Shown one piece after another: positions 30,594 to 41,206 of a stretch of 64,000 nucleotides of DNA. Every line of letters begins with the position of its first letter. Positions within the stretch are counted from its first letter, which is position 1. Source of the DNA: an uncultured Spirochaetota bacterium. GTDB lineage: Bacteria; Spirochaetota; B62-G9; CAZFGQ01. A model generated the notes under the pieces. That model saw only the letters and a program-made list of their open reading frames with translations. It searched no databases and was not told the origin of the DNA. The DNA lies in NCBI GenBank assembly GCA_964518675.1, contig CAZFGQ010000003.1:759-64758 (forward strand), in the 5' to 3' direction. Position numbers and translations under genes: made by a program.

Positions 30594-31925
30594 ATGAAGG
30601 ATCAAACAATCGAGGATGTTCTGAAAATTGTAAGGGATAAGGGCGTAAAGTTTATACGTCTTTGGTTCACGGATGTACTTGGATTTTTAAAAAGTTTTAC
30701 AATAACAGATAGTGAACTGGAAGGGGCACTGGCAGAGGGTATGGGTTTTGACGGGTCATCAATTGAGGGATACGCAAGAATAGAGGAAAGTGACATGATT
30801 GCTATGCCAGATCCCTCAACCTTCACACTGCTTCCATTCTTTGAGCAGAATGGAATCCTGGTTGGTCGAATGTTCTGTGATATATTGAATCCAGATGGAA
30901 CACCGTATGAGGGCGATCCAAGATATGCACTCAAAAAAATCCTCAATAAGGCAAAAAAAATGGGCTACACCTTTTATGTTGGCCCAGAACTCGAGTACTT
31001 TTACTTTAAATCAGATAGAGAGCCAGAAACCCTGGATGCAGGAGGGTACTTCGACCTTACTCCACCTGACATCGCAGCAACAATGAGAAAAGATACTGTT
31101 ATTGCCCTTGAAAAAATGGGAATCAAAGTTGAGTTCACACACCACGAAGTTGCACCAAGTCAGCATGAAATTGATCTTAAATACATGGAAGCATTGAGAA
31201 TGGCCGATGCTTCTATGACCTATAGACTAACAGTGAAAGAAATAGCCCAGAAACATGGTGTGTATGCCACATTCATGCCCAAACCTCTTTTTGGACATAA
31301 TGGAAGTGGTATGCATACTCATCAATCTCTGTTTAAAGGAGAAGAAAATGCCTTTTTCGATCCGAATGATGAGTACCATCTTTCCAGTATAGCAAAACAT
31401 TACATAGCCGGCCTTCTCAAACACGCGCGGGAAATCTGCATAGTGGTAGCCCAGTGGGTAAACTCTTACAAAAGGCTCGTTCCGGGGTATGAAGCCCCTG
31501 TTTATGTATCCTGGGCCAGGCGGAATAGAAGCACTCTGGTAAGGGTTCCAATGTACAAGCCCGGCAAATCCAAAGCAACAAGGGCGGAGTTCAGATGCCC
31601 AGATCCTGCATGCAATCCATACCTCGCATTTGCTGTAATGCTTGCAGCAGGCCTGAAGGGTATCGAGGAAAAATACGAATTACCAGATCCAGTTGAAGAG
31701 GATATCTTCCACATGAGTGAAAAGGAAAGAGCAAGCAGAAATATCGAATCACTCCCGGGAAGTCTTGGAGAGGCAATAGCAGAGGCCGAAAAGAGCAGGC
31801 TTGTGAAAGAAACACTCGGAGATCATATATACGAAATGTTTCTTGCAAATAAAAAGATGGAGTGGGATAGTTACAGAACACATGTTAGTAAATTTGAAAT
31901 ACAGAAATATCTCCCGATCCTATAA
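30594..31925 (+). CDS. glnA: Glutamine synthetase type I
   Basis: GFDGSSIEG, VGPELEYF, HHEVAPSQHEID, ATFMPKP, GSGMHTHQS, RLVPGYEAP, EFRCPDPACNPYL. Confidence 0.97.
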   Translation: MKDQTIEDVLKIVRDKGVKFIRLWFTDVLGFLKSFTITDSELEGALAEGMGFDGSSIEGYARIEESDMIAMPDPSTFTLLPFFEQNGILVGRMFCDILNPDGTPYEGDPRYALKKILNKAKKMGYTFYVGPELEYFYFKSDREPETLDAGGYFDLTPPDIAATMRKDTVIALEKMGIKVEFTHHEVAPSQHEIDLKYMEALRMADASMTYRLTVKEIAQKHGVYATFMPKPLFGHNGSGMHTHQSLFKGEENAFFDPNDEYHLSSIAKHYIAGLLKHAREICIVVAQWVNSYKRLVPGYEAPVYVSWARRNRSTLVRVPMYKPGKSKATRAEFRCPDPACNPYLAFAVMLAAGLKGIEEKYELPDPVEEDIFHMSEKERASRNIESLPGSLGEAIAEAEKSRLVKETLGDHIYEMFLANKKMEWDSYRTHVSKFEIQKYLPIL

Positions 31926-31967
31926 AACAAAAAATGTGTATCTTTTATTCCTCCACTTAACAAACAG

Positions 31968-31998
31968 AAAAGGCTGCTCTTCAAAGAGCAGCCTTTTT
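31968..31998. terminator. Bidirectional intrinsic terminator between glnA and the convergent operon
   Basis: AAAAGGCTGCTCT-TCAA-AGAGCAGCCTTTT. Confidence 0.85.
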
Positions 31999-32128
31999 AT
32001 CTCAAATAATGGGTCTTTAACTTTAATTAACCAACTAACAAACTGAATTTTTATTATTTACCTTCCCATCTTGTTGTCCAGAACTCAAATCCATCTTGCT
32101 CTATACATAAACACAAACTCACTACCCT

Positions 32129-34186
32129 TTAGAAGAATGTGAATACTGTGTTCATTCCAAAACTATCGATTGGATCATATTCATCCGTTTCATCATTGTA
32201 TTTGAACGTTCTCTTATAATTGACAACCAGAGAAATTCCAGCACCAAGTTCATAGTATATCTCTGCATTCAAAACGGTGTCCTCGTTAAACGGATGCTTG
32301 AAAATATCCTCCAGATTATCTGTCCTATCGTAGCTCAGGTTACCGTAAACCTTAGGAATAAGGTCTTTTTCAACATTTACAAACATCGTACCCTTTCTGA
32401 CGGTTTCTGTCTGGGTACCTGTGGTTTTATCAAAATTCTCATATCCCAGACCAAACTCAAGCTTCTTGAATAATACCATACTTCCTTTGATAAGGAATCC
32501 TGCCTGGGTGGCATCTTTATAAGAATCCTCGTTTGTAATCAACTCCTCCATCTCGGCGGGATACTCAAGCCTTCTGTTTTCCCAGAGGTAATTGATGATC
32601 CCCGGTTCATAGTAGCCCAGTATATATCTATACTCAACTCTATAATTGAACACTTTTGCTATTGTTCCCATGAGTCCCATTCCGGTTCCGAGACCGTTTA
32701 GAAAATTGAACGTACCCGGGTCAACGTATCCGGAAAGAGTTGAAGGAACCTCTTTATATATATAACCAATCTTTGCCGCATCAGCATAAAGTTTCATGCT
32801 GAAAACTTTAAGCCTCAGTATTGGAAGATCCAGGTCTGCACCTGTAAATATTAACCGCGGCAGCTGATCAGTTTCTGTTGGATTTCCATTTATAGTAGCT
32901 GGCTCTGGTTTGTCATGTATACCAGTAACACCAATGGCAAGTGGGAAGCTCTTTCCAGCCGGACGTATGAAGAACCTTCCACCGAAAAGCTGAAGCCTTG
33001 AAAAATCCGCAACCATTGTCTCAAATCCAGCGGCACCAGCATCGATGTTGAGCTGCATTCCGACGGTCACCTCTTCGGGGAAATAAACCATATTCGAATA
33101 GTTATCCACTATAAATCCATGCCCGAGGAAGAAGTTGTCTATACTTCCTATTTTAAAATAAACTGGATCACCAAATGTTCCCCAACTTACATAGTAGAAC
33201 TTCGTTACAAAGTCGTGTAGACCATCTTTCCAATCCCTGAAGTCCCACTCATCATGGTTTTCCCAGTCTTTGAATCCAAAAATCCCAACATCGGGTGAAA
33301 AAACTGCGGGGAGGTATAAACCCATTCCCAGTTTGCCAAAATTCAACTCAGGGGTGAAAACCCACCTCGAATAAACCCTGTCTCCTATGGTAATTGTTCC
33401 AACATATGCATTCATTCTGAGAAACTTCTCTATAAAACTTTCTTTCTTGGGCTTTTTCTCTTCGGGTTTCTTTACTTCCTTCGGTGGTGCCGCCTCCTCA
33501 GCGGGTTTTGCTTCTTCAGCAGGTTTTTCTTCTTTTACAAATTTCTTGGCCTCTTCCTCCCATTCTTTTAGAACATCCTCTGGAATCGGTACAACGGGCT
33601 CTGGCAATCCACCCTCAGCCACAACGCCCATAAAACCTTCATTAAGAGTAATGGGCTCAAATAATCCCGTAATACTTGAAAGGGTTACCTGACCTTCGAA
33701 AACCAGAATCTGGGCTTTAATGCCATCGAACTTAACTCCAAATGAAGTTCCCCTGACTCCTGCTAATGCAGTTCCTGACACAATGCTAAACTCTGAATCC
33801 GAGGTTGTCAGCTTTTTGACCTTTGCCCTGACTCTACCAAAAGCCAGTGAAAACCTCTGTTTTTTTCTACCTGTCTGCCGGTCCATCTGCACTGTCTCTA
33901 TCTTGAAGGATGAGCTGCTCGATATCTTTATGGTACTTTCATCGGGCATTGTAATTTCGCACAAACCATCATCACCCGTTTTTATCACAGTACCAGGAGG
34001 TAAATCCATATCAAGCTCGGCGGGGATAAAATCCTCGATGCCATTTTCAGGTGTAATATCCACATCAACTGTGCCAACAATATAGGAAATATATGCAGGT
34101 TCCTCGGTCATTTCCTGGGCATACAGCACTCCCGTAAAAACGATGATTAAAAACGCCAGTATATATACTGTAATTCTCTTCATCAT
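32129..34186 (-). CDS. Exported FecR-domain protein with C-terminal predicted beta-barrel domain
   Basis: Signal peptide, FecR-like IKTGDDGLCEI…ALAGVRGTSF…ILVFEGQV, E/K/P linker, amphipathic beta-rich C-terminus ending VFTFF. Confidence 0.65.
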   Translation of the reverse strand: MMKRITVYILAFLIIVFTGVLYAQEMTEEPAYISYIVGTVDVDITPENGIEDFIPAELDMDLPPGTVIKTGDDGLCEITMPDESTIKISSSSSFKIETVQMDRQTGRKKQRFSLAFGRVRAKVKKLTTSDSEFSIVSGTALAGVRGTSFGVKFDGIKAQILVFEGQVTLSSITGLFEPITLNEGFMGVVAEGGLPEPVVPIPEDVLKEWEEEAKKFVKEEKPAEEAKPAEEAAPPKEVKKPEEKKPKKESFIEKFLRMNAYVGTITIGDRVYSRWVFTPELNFGKLGMGLYLPAVFSPDVGIFGFKDWENHDEWDFRDWKDGLHDFVTKFYYVSWGTFGDPVYFKIGSIDNFFLGHGFIVDNYSNMVYFPEEVTVGMQLNIDAGAAGFETMVADFSRLQLFGGRFFIRPAGKSFPLAIGVTGIHDKPEPATINGNPTETDQLPRLIFTGADLDLPILRLKVFSMKLYADAAKIGYIYKEVPSTLSGYVDPGTFNFLNGLGTGMGLMGTIAKVFNYRVEYRYILGYYEPGIINYLWENRRLEYPAEMEELITNEDSYKDATQAGFLIKGSMVLFKKLEFGLGYENFDKTTGTQTETVRKGTMFVNVEKDLIPKVYGNLSYDRTDNLEDIFKHPFNEDTVLNAEIYYELGAGISLVVNYKRTFKYNDETDEYDPIDSFGMNTVFTFF

Positions 34187-34203
34187 TCTACCCTCCCTTA
34201 GCT

Positions 34204-35553
34204 TTAAAATGAAAACTGTGTTTCAATGAACGTTTGATCCGTTGACTTACCAGAAGGTGTATACGTTCTCTTAAAGATGAACACTATCTTGGCCATACCG
34301 CTTACTTTATACCCAACCGTTAACTGCATAATGGTATCTGCACCACTGAAAAGATCCTTAAAATTATCTATATCCTTTTTATCAAAGGCAAAACTTGCAT
34401 CAATCTTTGGAATTGCACCCTCAACTGTGGAAAGTCCCGATTGAATCCTGGGACCCTCAGCATCATTAAATCCATCAGACCAGCTGAATTGAAACTGAAG
34501 AAGATTTAATATCGAAAAACCGGTCCCCAGCAGATATCCCATGTAAGAATCGGTAATTGTATCAAGTGAGTTATACTTCGTTGCCCTGTCAAGTTCGTAG
34601 TAAGGATCAAAATAGCTCATAACAAATTGCTTACCAAAAAATCTAAGCTGAGCAATAAACCTGAACCAGTCATAGGTCAGAGTGCTTCCTATGAGTCCTC
34701 CACTCCCCTTCCCGCCGATCTTGGCATAATCTGCGTACGAAATTATGCTGAGTTTACCTTTCTGCAAAAGTGGAACCTCTGTATCAATCCCGAACTCTTT
34801 GACCCTGTTATCTTTGCTATCAGGATTATCTTTCGGTGACCGGTACTTCTCATAATCAGGATTTGTCGGATCATTCACCTCAAGTGGATCCAGGTCAGTT
34901 ACAAATGAGGCACCAACCTTTAGCTGGTTTATTATTGGAACATCGAGTGACATCAAAGGTCTGGAATAAACACGAAGACCTATTATATCCCAGTCAAGAA
35001 CATCATCCACTATAGATTCAAACCCAATAAGAGGAAAATTAAAAAGAGAGCCATCCAGATCCACATTTAATCCAAGTTGATGTATCTGTGGATAAAAAAG
35101 TATATTGTTGTATCCTTCCATAATCAGGCCATGCCCCAGGGTGTATGTTTCTATGGCACCGGCCCTCACATAAAGTGGATCTCCTTTATGTCCGTATCGG
35201 ACATAGTATATCTTATAAAGATAATCCGTAAACTTTGTCCAGGTATCGGCTTTGCCGTCATTATCCAGATCTCTGAGTTTAAAATCCCCATCGAACTCAA
35301 AGGTCAGGTCCAGACCCACGCCGAGCTTGCCGTATGAAAACTCTGGAAAGAAACTGAATTTCTGAAAGGCTATCTGCTGACCACTGCTATCCTCATAACT
35401 TGAAAGACCAATATTAAGATTCATGTTGAATCCAAACTTTGGTTTTTCAGAGGATTTTTCATCATCGCCACTCTGTCCAAATGCTACTCCCACAATCCCA
35501 AAGCCAAAAGCAATCAGAAGCACCAGCATAATGACCAGAAACTTTTTTGCCAT
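34204..35553 (-). CDS. Exported predicted beta-barrel protein, paralogous to the C-terminal part of 32129-34186
   Basis: Signal peptide. Shared blocks PE..FGKLG.GL, K.YYV..G..GDP.Y and LGHG.I...Y.N. Ends TQFSF. Confidence 0.6.
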   Translation of the reverse strand: MAKKFLVIMLVLLIAFGFGIVGVAFGQSGDDEKSSEKPKFGFNMNLNIGLSSYEDSSGQQIAFQKFSFFPEFSYGKLGVGLDLTFEFDGDFKLRDLDNDGKADTWTKFTDYLYKIYYVRYGHKGDPLYVRAGAIETYTLGHGLIMEGYNNILFYPQIHQLGLNVDLDGSLFNFPLIGFESIVDDVLDWDIIGLRVYSRPLMSLDVPIINQLKVGASFVTDLDPLEVNDPTNPDYEKYRSPKDNPDSKDNRVKEFGIDTEVPLLQKGKLSIISYADYAKIGGKGSGGLIGSTLTYDWFRFIAQLRFFGKQFVMSYFDPYYELDRATKYNSLDTITDSYMGYLLGTGFSILNLLQFQFSWSDGFNDAEGPRIQSGLSTVEGAIPKIDASFAFDKKDIDNFKDLFSGADTIMQLTVGYKVSGMAKIVFIFKRTYTPSGKSTDQTFIETQFSF

Positions 35554-35613
35554 TTTTGTACCTCCTTACTTTACGTATAATTATTATATATCAATATCAA
35601 CCTTTTATCAATT

Positions 35614-38600
35614 TTAAAACAGAAATTTTATTCCCAAATCTAATTCAAATCCAGCTGAAGGCAATAAATTCCCCTTTTCAACGGGCGGAACAATCTTTTC
35701 CTCCACCCCTATAACAGATTTCGCCGTAACATAAAAACTCAAACTATCAGAAACTGAAAAATCTGTTCTGTGCTGAAATGTAAATCTAACAGGAATGTTG
35801 CTGAAAGCGCTTGCAAGTTCTCTGTCAGTAAAAGTATAGATATTTTCGATAGTAATTTTTTCAGAGTTTTTAAAATAGTATTCCTTCTCCTGATAGGGTA
35901 AAAGTTTGAACATGAAAGTCCTATATACAGGAATTTTCCATAACCACTCAACAGAAACAGTCGATGAAAGTTTATCTTCCCAGGGTTTCTGGGGAATTTC
36001 CTCGCTGGATTCAGGCTCATCGGGTATTAATGTAAGATTGGTACTTTCTCGCTTCTGTCTACTACGCTGATAACTCCCATTCCAGCCAACAGCAAATCCC
36101 CTATCAATTTCTTTTAAATCTCGATATTTAACTGAAGTCTCAAACCTGTTTTTTAAAACCCTTACTGTATAGTCTCGCTCATGGGTATATTTTAATGAAA
36201 AATCAATATCTTTTTCGTATAATTCATCACCTCTTTTCAGGTCAACTAGTTTTTCCAATCTTCCCTCATAGCCACGCATCTGTGTATACGAACCAGAACT
36301 CCTTTCAGTTTGGCCGTAGACAGAAACCCCAAAATTGGTTGGTAAAAACCAGACATCCCTGTTTAAACTGATGTCGAGATTATATTTGTTGTAAAGTTTA
36401 TTTTTCGTGTCTCCATAATTAAACAAATTTACCGCATTGTAATCCTTTTGCCTTCCCAAAGAAGGAAACGGACTTATGTAATACAGAGGAGGCATTAGAA
36501 TTGTTTTAAATAGATTAAATAAAATCTCATTTTCTGTTTTATTATAAGGGAATTTTTTATAATCCCCCGTCATGTACCGATCCATACTTCCAGTTACTTT
36601 CAGCAATTTAAAATTAACTGGTATCTGAATGTTCAAGGTACTGGTAGCTAAAAGATCTCTTATCCTCTCATCCTCGATAAAGTTTGACTCAGAATAGGTA
36701 AACCCGATGCTGGACGTAAAACCAACCACTTCCTCCGGTATATATTCAATATTAAAACTTCCATTATCTGTACTCGAAAACAGATATGCAGATTCAAGAG
36801 AAGCCGATGGTTTTGAAAAAATATCTCCAAAACGTTTTAGATAAGAATCATACCACTGAGAATAGTTCATAACACCGGAGCCGAGAAAGTCTCTATCCCT
36901 TGAAAAACCCAGACTTGTACTGAAACTCTCTATACCATATCCTATCGAGAAACGGTTTGAATGTTCCAGTTCTCCACTCTCCGTTCTCTGCAAAATATCA
37001 GGTGTGGATGAGGTTCTTTTTCCTTCAATTCTCTGTATCCATCCCCTGGCGAGTTGCCATGTTGTCCAGAGCCCAAATGGAGGGCTGTAATTAGTGTACA
37101 ATGTAAATCTATTTTCATATTCTTTTAAGATCGAATCCCTGAAGCCGAACTGCTCAAGCTCCATCTTTGATAAACTCTTTTCTGTGAAATCATATCTGTG
37201 CCCCACAACAGGGAACCAACTACTTTCCGGTGAATATTCAATGCTGCTTGATATTACCATCCTGCTCTCACTGGGAGATTCAAACTCCTCAATATCAACT
37301 TTTTCATCTGAACTTTTTTCATTCCACAGGATGCTAGCATCTATCTTAAATGCCTTTGCAACAGTGAAACCTGATTCAAGGAGCGTATTTTTCTCACTCC
37401 ATCCCCTTCCACTTGAAAAGGAACCAGATTTTTTTTCATATTCTCCGTTCAAAAAACAATCGCCAATTATGGGAAATCCCATGATATTGAACAAGTTTCC
37501 CCTGTAACCAAGCCTCGCTCCCGTAAAATATGCCACACTTTTGTAATTCTCGGGATTTGCCAGATGGATCTCATCAACCCACATGGTAAATCCACTTCCA
37601 ATTATCCCTGAATCTGGACGGACAACAAACTTAATCTCTGTGACATGCTTCAACACATCAAGTTGGGCCGTTTCTGTAAGTGAACCTGCATCTGTATCAT
37701 TCACATATATTTTCTTTTCACCAAAAAGCTGGAGACTAACTTCATTCCAGCCAGTTACAAAACTTGCGCCCTCAATCTCAGCCTGAAGAAACTGATCATC
37801 CGTCGATTTTATCCTTATTAAAATTGAGAAATTTTGAGGGATGGATTGCCCTTCGGGAAAATAAAGATAAACTTTCATGTCCCGGTAGCCTGAAAAATCC
37901 ATCTGTCCACCAAACAACACAGAAAAGGATGCCTCTGTGGTAATATCACCAATTGCTCGTACCACCAGAGTTTTTTCAACATGACCAGTTTGGCTCCTGT
38001 ATCTTTGAGATCCATGAAGATCCTCATATATAGCTGGATAACTTTCAGAAAACCTGTTACTGTAGACCTCAGCATCTTCATCAATCGATACCTCACTTAC
38101 CGATAGAAGATCAGGGGAATTATTCTTTATTCTGGATCCCGACAACCATAGCCCGTTAATCAGAACCAAACCATTAAGGGGCTGTGAAGTTCCCGTACCT
38201 GTCAGAGTAATCCTGATCGCAGTAACATACTGAAGGATATCGCTATAATTTTGAACAATATTGTGTAGAGGCACAGCAATTGTCTGCCAGTCTGTCTCAC
38301 CTGTATTGATTTCAGCCAGGTATTGAGTTCCATCTGGTCCGGGGATAATAACACCACTCTCTGTACTATCAAGAACCCCATTACCATTTATATCTTCAGA
38401 TTCCAAAGTACCATTACTTCCACCCTCTCGATCGGTACCCAGTTTTGTTTGTTGTCCTCCTAAAGGAACGATCATAAAACCATTATCATTCACAGATTTC
38501 TCTCCATCCAGCACACCATCTCCATCGAGGTCTTCATTATAATCCTTTAAAAACTCTACATATAGCCTTACCGGTCCACCTTCAATTTCTGTAGCTTTAA

Positions 38601-40818
38601 AAAGAATGTTAAAGGTATCATAAATAGAAAAGTCCTCCGGACCTACAGGGGTAACCATTGTAACATAATCATCTTCACCACCATCCGGAATCTCATACTC
38701 CATTACAAGGGAGTTTTCACTGGAATAATCCGGGTGGTTCGATGTATTGTAAGGTCCCGCCTTCTCGCTGTAGTCAAATACCTGATCCTGTGGAATCTCC
38801 CAGCTTAAATCCTCTAGCACTTCGCCTGAAAGGACGGTGCTTTTGTAGTAGTTTTTGTATAAGAGATCTCCCCTGGTAGTTAATTGAACACCGTTGTCCT
38901 CAAGAATCTGTGATTCAGAACCTATAATCCAGCTCTCAGCTTCATTGCTTACCCGAAATATTGCTTCTGAGGACTCCATATCATCTATAATGGCTTTTCC
39001 ATGGGGGTTTGGATTGGTCAAACCCAATCCAACTCCCGCCTGAGCTTCAAAATAAGCCCCCTCTTCATCCTCATTAGCCCCTATTTTGAAACCTATCTCT
39101 GTACTGTTGTAAATATCTCGTTTACCTTCAGCACCCAATTCAGGAGCTTCCCGAGTTCCCAGAGGAGACCGGTAAAGGGTAAGATTTTTCAGATCTATAA
39201 AATCATTTGAGTAAAAAAGGCCAAACTGTCCTACCAGTCCTTTATTACCACCCCCAAAACTCGTATATCTGTATTTTATCTCTATCTCGCTTGTTGGAGT
39301 TACAACACCTTCCCCGAAGGTTACCGTGCCAAATGAATAATCCACTTCATAATCACTTTCCTTCAGAACTTTCCCATCAACTACAATTTCCACACTTCCA
39401 GGTATAACATTAAAATCGAGAAAGAAAGTATCAGTATAAAAACTATACGAAAACTCAAGTTTATTAATCGATTTATCTACAGTGGGATATGAAAGACCTC
39501 CATATACTGGATTATCCTGATCAAAAGGGTTATTCTCGGTCGTTACAGGTGACGAATAAGGGGAAACACCGGGAAAAGGTCTTGGATAAAAATTGCCAGT
39601 ACCATCCGTAAAGTTAAAAAAAACCACTCCTCTTTCAGAATCGATACTGTACTGGTCTATAATATCATCATAATTACTGTTTGGACTTGAGTTTTCTGTG
39701 TAGAGGAGTCTCACTTCAAAGCTTGAAATCCCCGTCCCCTCATATGAGGGCAGAGGATATGCATTTCTCAACTCCCAGTAGCTATTAAAAGCCCTCTTTT
39801 TTAAATACAGAAACTCCCCACTGCTATCAAAATACTGAGGGAAACTGTTGGAGTTGAAATCAACCCTTACTCCACTTTCACCAATTATTGCACCAATCCC
39901 CAGCGAAGTAGAACCAACTGCCTGTCCGCCCTTCGTATAGTAACATACAAGTTCATCTTCACTGGCCAGAGAGTTTTCAAGGTATATAAATCCAGTTGAC
40001 GGATCAAAATCATAGTCAACACCTTCTATAAGAAGTCTAAAATCTTTATTATCCAGTGTAAGATCTACAGTTGTCGTAGATGAAACATAGAGCCTGAGAG
40101 AATCCGTGTCTATATCCTTATCAGGAATGAAAAAGTATGTTGACTTTATATAGTCCACATCATAAACTTCATCAACCACATCCCGCCTGTTTCCCTTGAA
40201 TACCTTAACTCCCTCATATCCAACATCATAGCGGAGAAGTGCATTAAAATATAATTGATCCCACCCTCCCAGTGCTCTCAGCGCAAAGCTATCTGGTGAG
40301 GCTTCATCCACTTTTACATACCTTCCACCTTCAACGCCAAGATACTTATTTCCCACCGTTACTTCTTTTAAAAACTCATCCTCTTTCCCTCTGTATTCAA
40401 CAGAGTAAATATTATTTTCCTCCAGCAAGCCTTCCTCCGTTCTCTCCGAATCGTAATCAAACTCAAAATGAATTCGATCTCCAATAGTACCATCTATCAA
40501 AAGTTTTTCCAGCATGTCATATTTTAATCCCCTATCTATTCCATAGGACCCTTCTCCAACGGTAATGCCCTTTTTCAAGGGGAAAGTAAACCCATACCCA
40601 AGGTCGAGCTGAATTTGCCCTTCTATATTCAATTCAGTTTCAACAGAATAATCCTTTTTAAAATTGAATTTTTCCAATGGATTATGGAAAAAACCACCTG
40701 AATAAACTGGGAAGTAAAACGAGGCTTCTGAAGAAGGCACTATACTGGCAGGGAAAGATAAAAAAAGTGCGATGAAAATAAAAAGAGTTTTTGTTTTTGC
40801 ATATCTAAATATTTTCAC
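35614..40818 (-). CDS. Very large exported outer-membrane protein, SprA/Sov-like (T9SS translocon homologue)
   Basis: Signal peptide, colinear SprA-like blocks (IDGTIGDRIHFEFDYDSE…VEYRGKEDEFLKEVTVGN; NVIPGSVEIVVDGKVL…DYEVDYSFGTVTF; AIIDDMESS), and a beta-rich C-terminal third ending GIKFLF. Confidence 0.65.
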   Translation of the reverse strand: MKIFRYAKTKTLFIFIALFLSFPASIVPSSEASFYFPVYSGGFFHNPLEKFNFKKDYSVETELNIEGQIQLDLGYGFTFPLKKGITVGEGSYGIDRGLKYDMLEKLLIDGTIGDRIHFEFDYDSERTEEGLLEENNIYSVEYRGKEDEFLKEVTVGNKYLGVEGGRYVKVDEASPDSFALRALGGWDQLYFNALLRYDVGYEGVKVFKGNRRDVVDEVYDVDYIKSTYFFIPDKDIDTDSLRLYVSSTTTVDLTLDNKDFRLLIEGVDYDFDPSTGFIYLENSLASEDELVCYYTKGGQAVGSTSLGIGAIIGESGVRVDFNSNSFPQYFDSSGEFLYLKKRAFNSYWELRNAYPLPSYEGTGISSFEVRLLYTENSSPNSNYDDIIDQYSIDSERGVVFFNFTDGTGNFYPRPFPGVSPYSSPVTTENNPFDQDNPVYGGLSYPTVDKSINKLEFSYSFYTDTFFLDFNVIPGSVEIVVDGKVLKESDYEVDYSFGTVTFGEGVVTPTSEIEIKYRYTSFGGGNKGLVGQFGLFYSNDFIDLKNLTLYRSPLGTREAPELGAEGKRDIYNSTEIGFKIGANEDEEGAYFEAQAGVGLGLTNPNPHGKAIIDDMESSEAIFRVSNEAESWIIGSESQILEDNGVQLTTRGDLLYKNYYKSTVLSGEVLEDLSWEIPQDQVFDYSEKAGPYNTSNHPDYSSENSLVMEYEIPDGGEDDYVTMVTPVGPEDFSIYDTFNILFKATEIEGGPVRLYVEFLKDYNEDLDGDGVLDGEKSVNDNGFMIVPLGGQQTKLGTDREGGSNGTLESEDINGNGVLDSTESGVIIPGPDGTQYLAEINTGETDWQTIAVPLHNIVQNYSDILQYVTAIRITLTGTGTSQPLNGLVLINGLWLSGSRIKNNSPDLLSVSEVSIDEDAEVYSNRFSESYPAIYEDLHGSQRYRSQTGHVEKTLVVRAIGDITTEASFSVLFGGQMDFSGYRDMKVYLYFPEGQSIPQNFSILIRIKSTDDQFLQAEIEGASFVTGWNEVSLQLFGEKKIYVNDTDAGSLTETAQLDVLKHVTEIKFVVRPDSGIIGSGFTMWVDEIHLANPENYKSVAYFTGARLGYRGNLFNIMGFPIIGDCFLNGEYEKKSGSFSSGRGWSEKNTLLESGFTVAKAFKIDASILWNEKSSDEKVDIEEFESPSESRMVISSSIEYSPESSWFPVVGHRYDFTEKSLSKMELEQFGFRDSILKEYENRFTLYTNYSPPFGLWTTWQLARGWIQRIEGKRTSSTPDILQRTESGELEHSNRFSIGYGIESFSTSLGFSRDRDFLGSGVMNYSQWYDSYLKRFGDIFSKPSASLESAYLFSSTDNGSFNIEYIPEEVVGFTSSIGFTYSESNFIEDERIRDLLATSTLNIQIPVNFKLLKVTGSMDRYMTGDYKKFPYNKTENEILFNLFKTILMPPLYYISPFPSLGRQKDYNAVNLFNYGDTKNKLYNKYNLDISLNRDVWFLPTNFGVSVYGQTERSSGSYTQMRGYEGRLEKLVDLKRGDELYEKDIDFSLKYTHERDYTVRVLKNRFETSVKYRDLKEIDRGFAVGWNGSYQRSRQKRESTNLTLIPDEPESSEEIPQKPWEDKLSSTVSVEWLWKIPVYRTFMFKLLPYQEKEYYFKNSEKITIENIYTFTDRELASAFSNIPVRFTFQHRTDFSVSDSLSFYVTAKSVIGVEEKIVPPVEKGNLLPSAGFELDLGIKFLF

Positions 40819-41206
40819 TTAGCTGTTTGTATATCAGTTTTCCTATACCTATCTGATCACTATTGGCAATTATCTTAGAATACTCTTCATATAACATATC
40901 ACTAAAAATATCTTTCGCAAGAGAATCTCCCATGAAGCCCGTTTCATTTATTGTTTTTCTCATACTCTTCAGCATGATGTTAATGAAAATGGCCTCCATC
41001 TGGTGGCAAACATCGAGGAGCTTTTTCTTGTACCTCTCTTTCTCGGGGGATTCAGTTTCATCCTTTGAGCATTCTCTCAGTTTCTCAGAAAGCATTTCGG
41101 AAAAAGTTTTAACCCGATTTAATCTCTCGGCTTCTGAGTTGTTACGAGAGATTTTACTTAACTCGTTGTAGTTTATAAGATTCAGGTCGATCGCTTTAAG
41201 CTCCAT
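40805..41206 (-). CDS. flgJ: Short FlgJ-like rod-binding protein (no muramidase domain)
   Basis: KLLDVCHQMEAIFINIMLKSMRKTI…IFSDMLYEEYSKIIA…IGIGKLIYKQL. Confidence 0.8.
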   Translation of the reverse strand: MELKAIDLNLINYNELSKISRNNSEAERLNRVKTFSEMLSEKLRECSKDETESPEKERYKKKLLDVCHQMEAIFINIMLKSMRKTINETGFMGDSLAKDIFSDMLYEEYSKIIANSDQIGIGKLIYKQLSENI

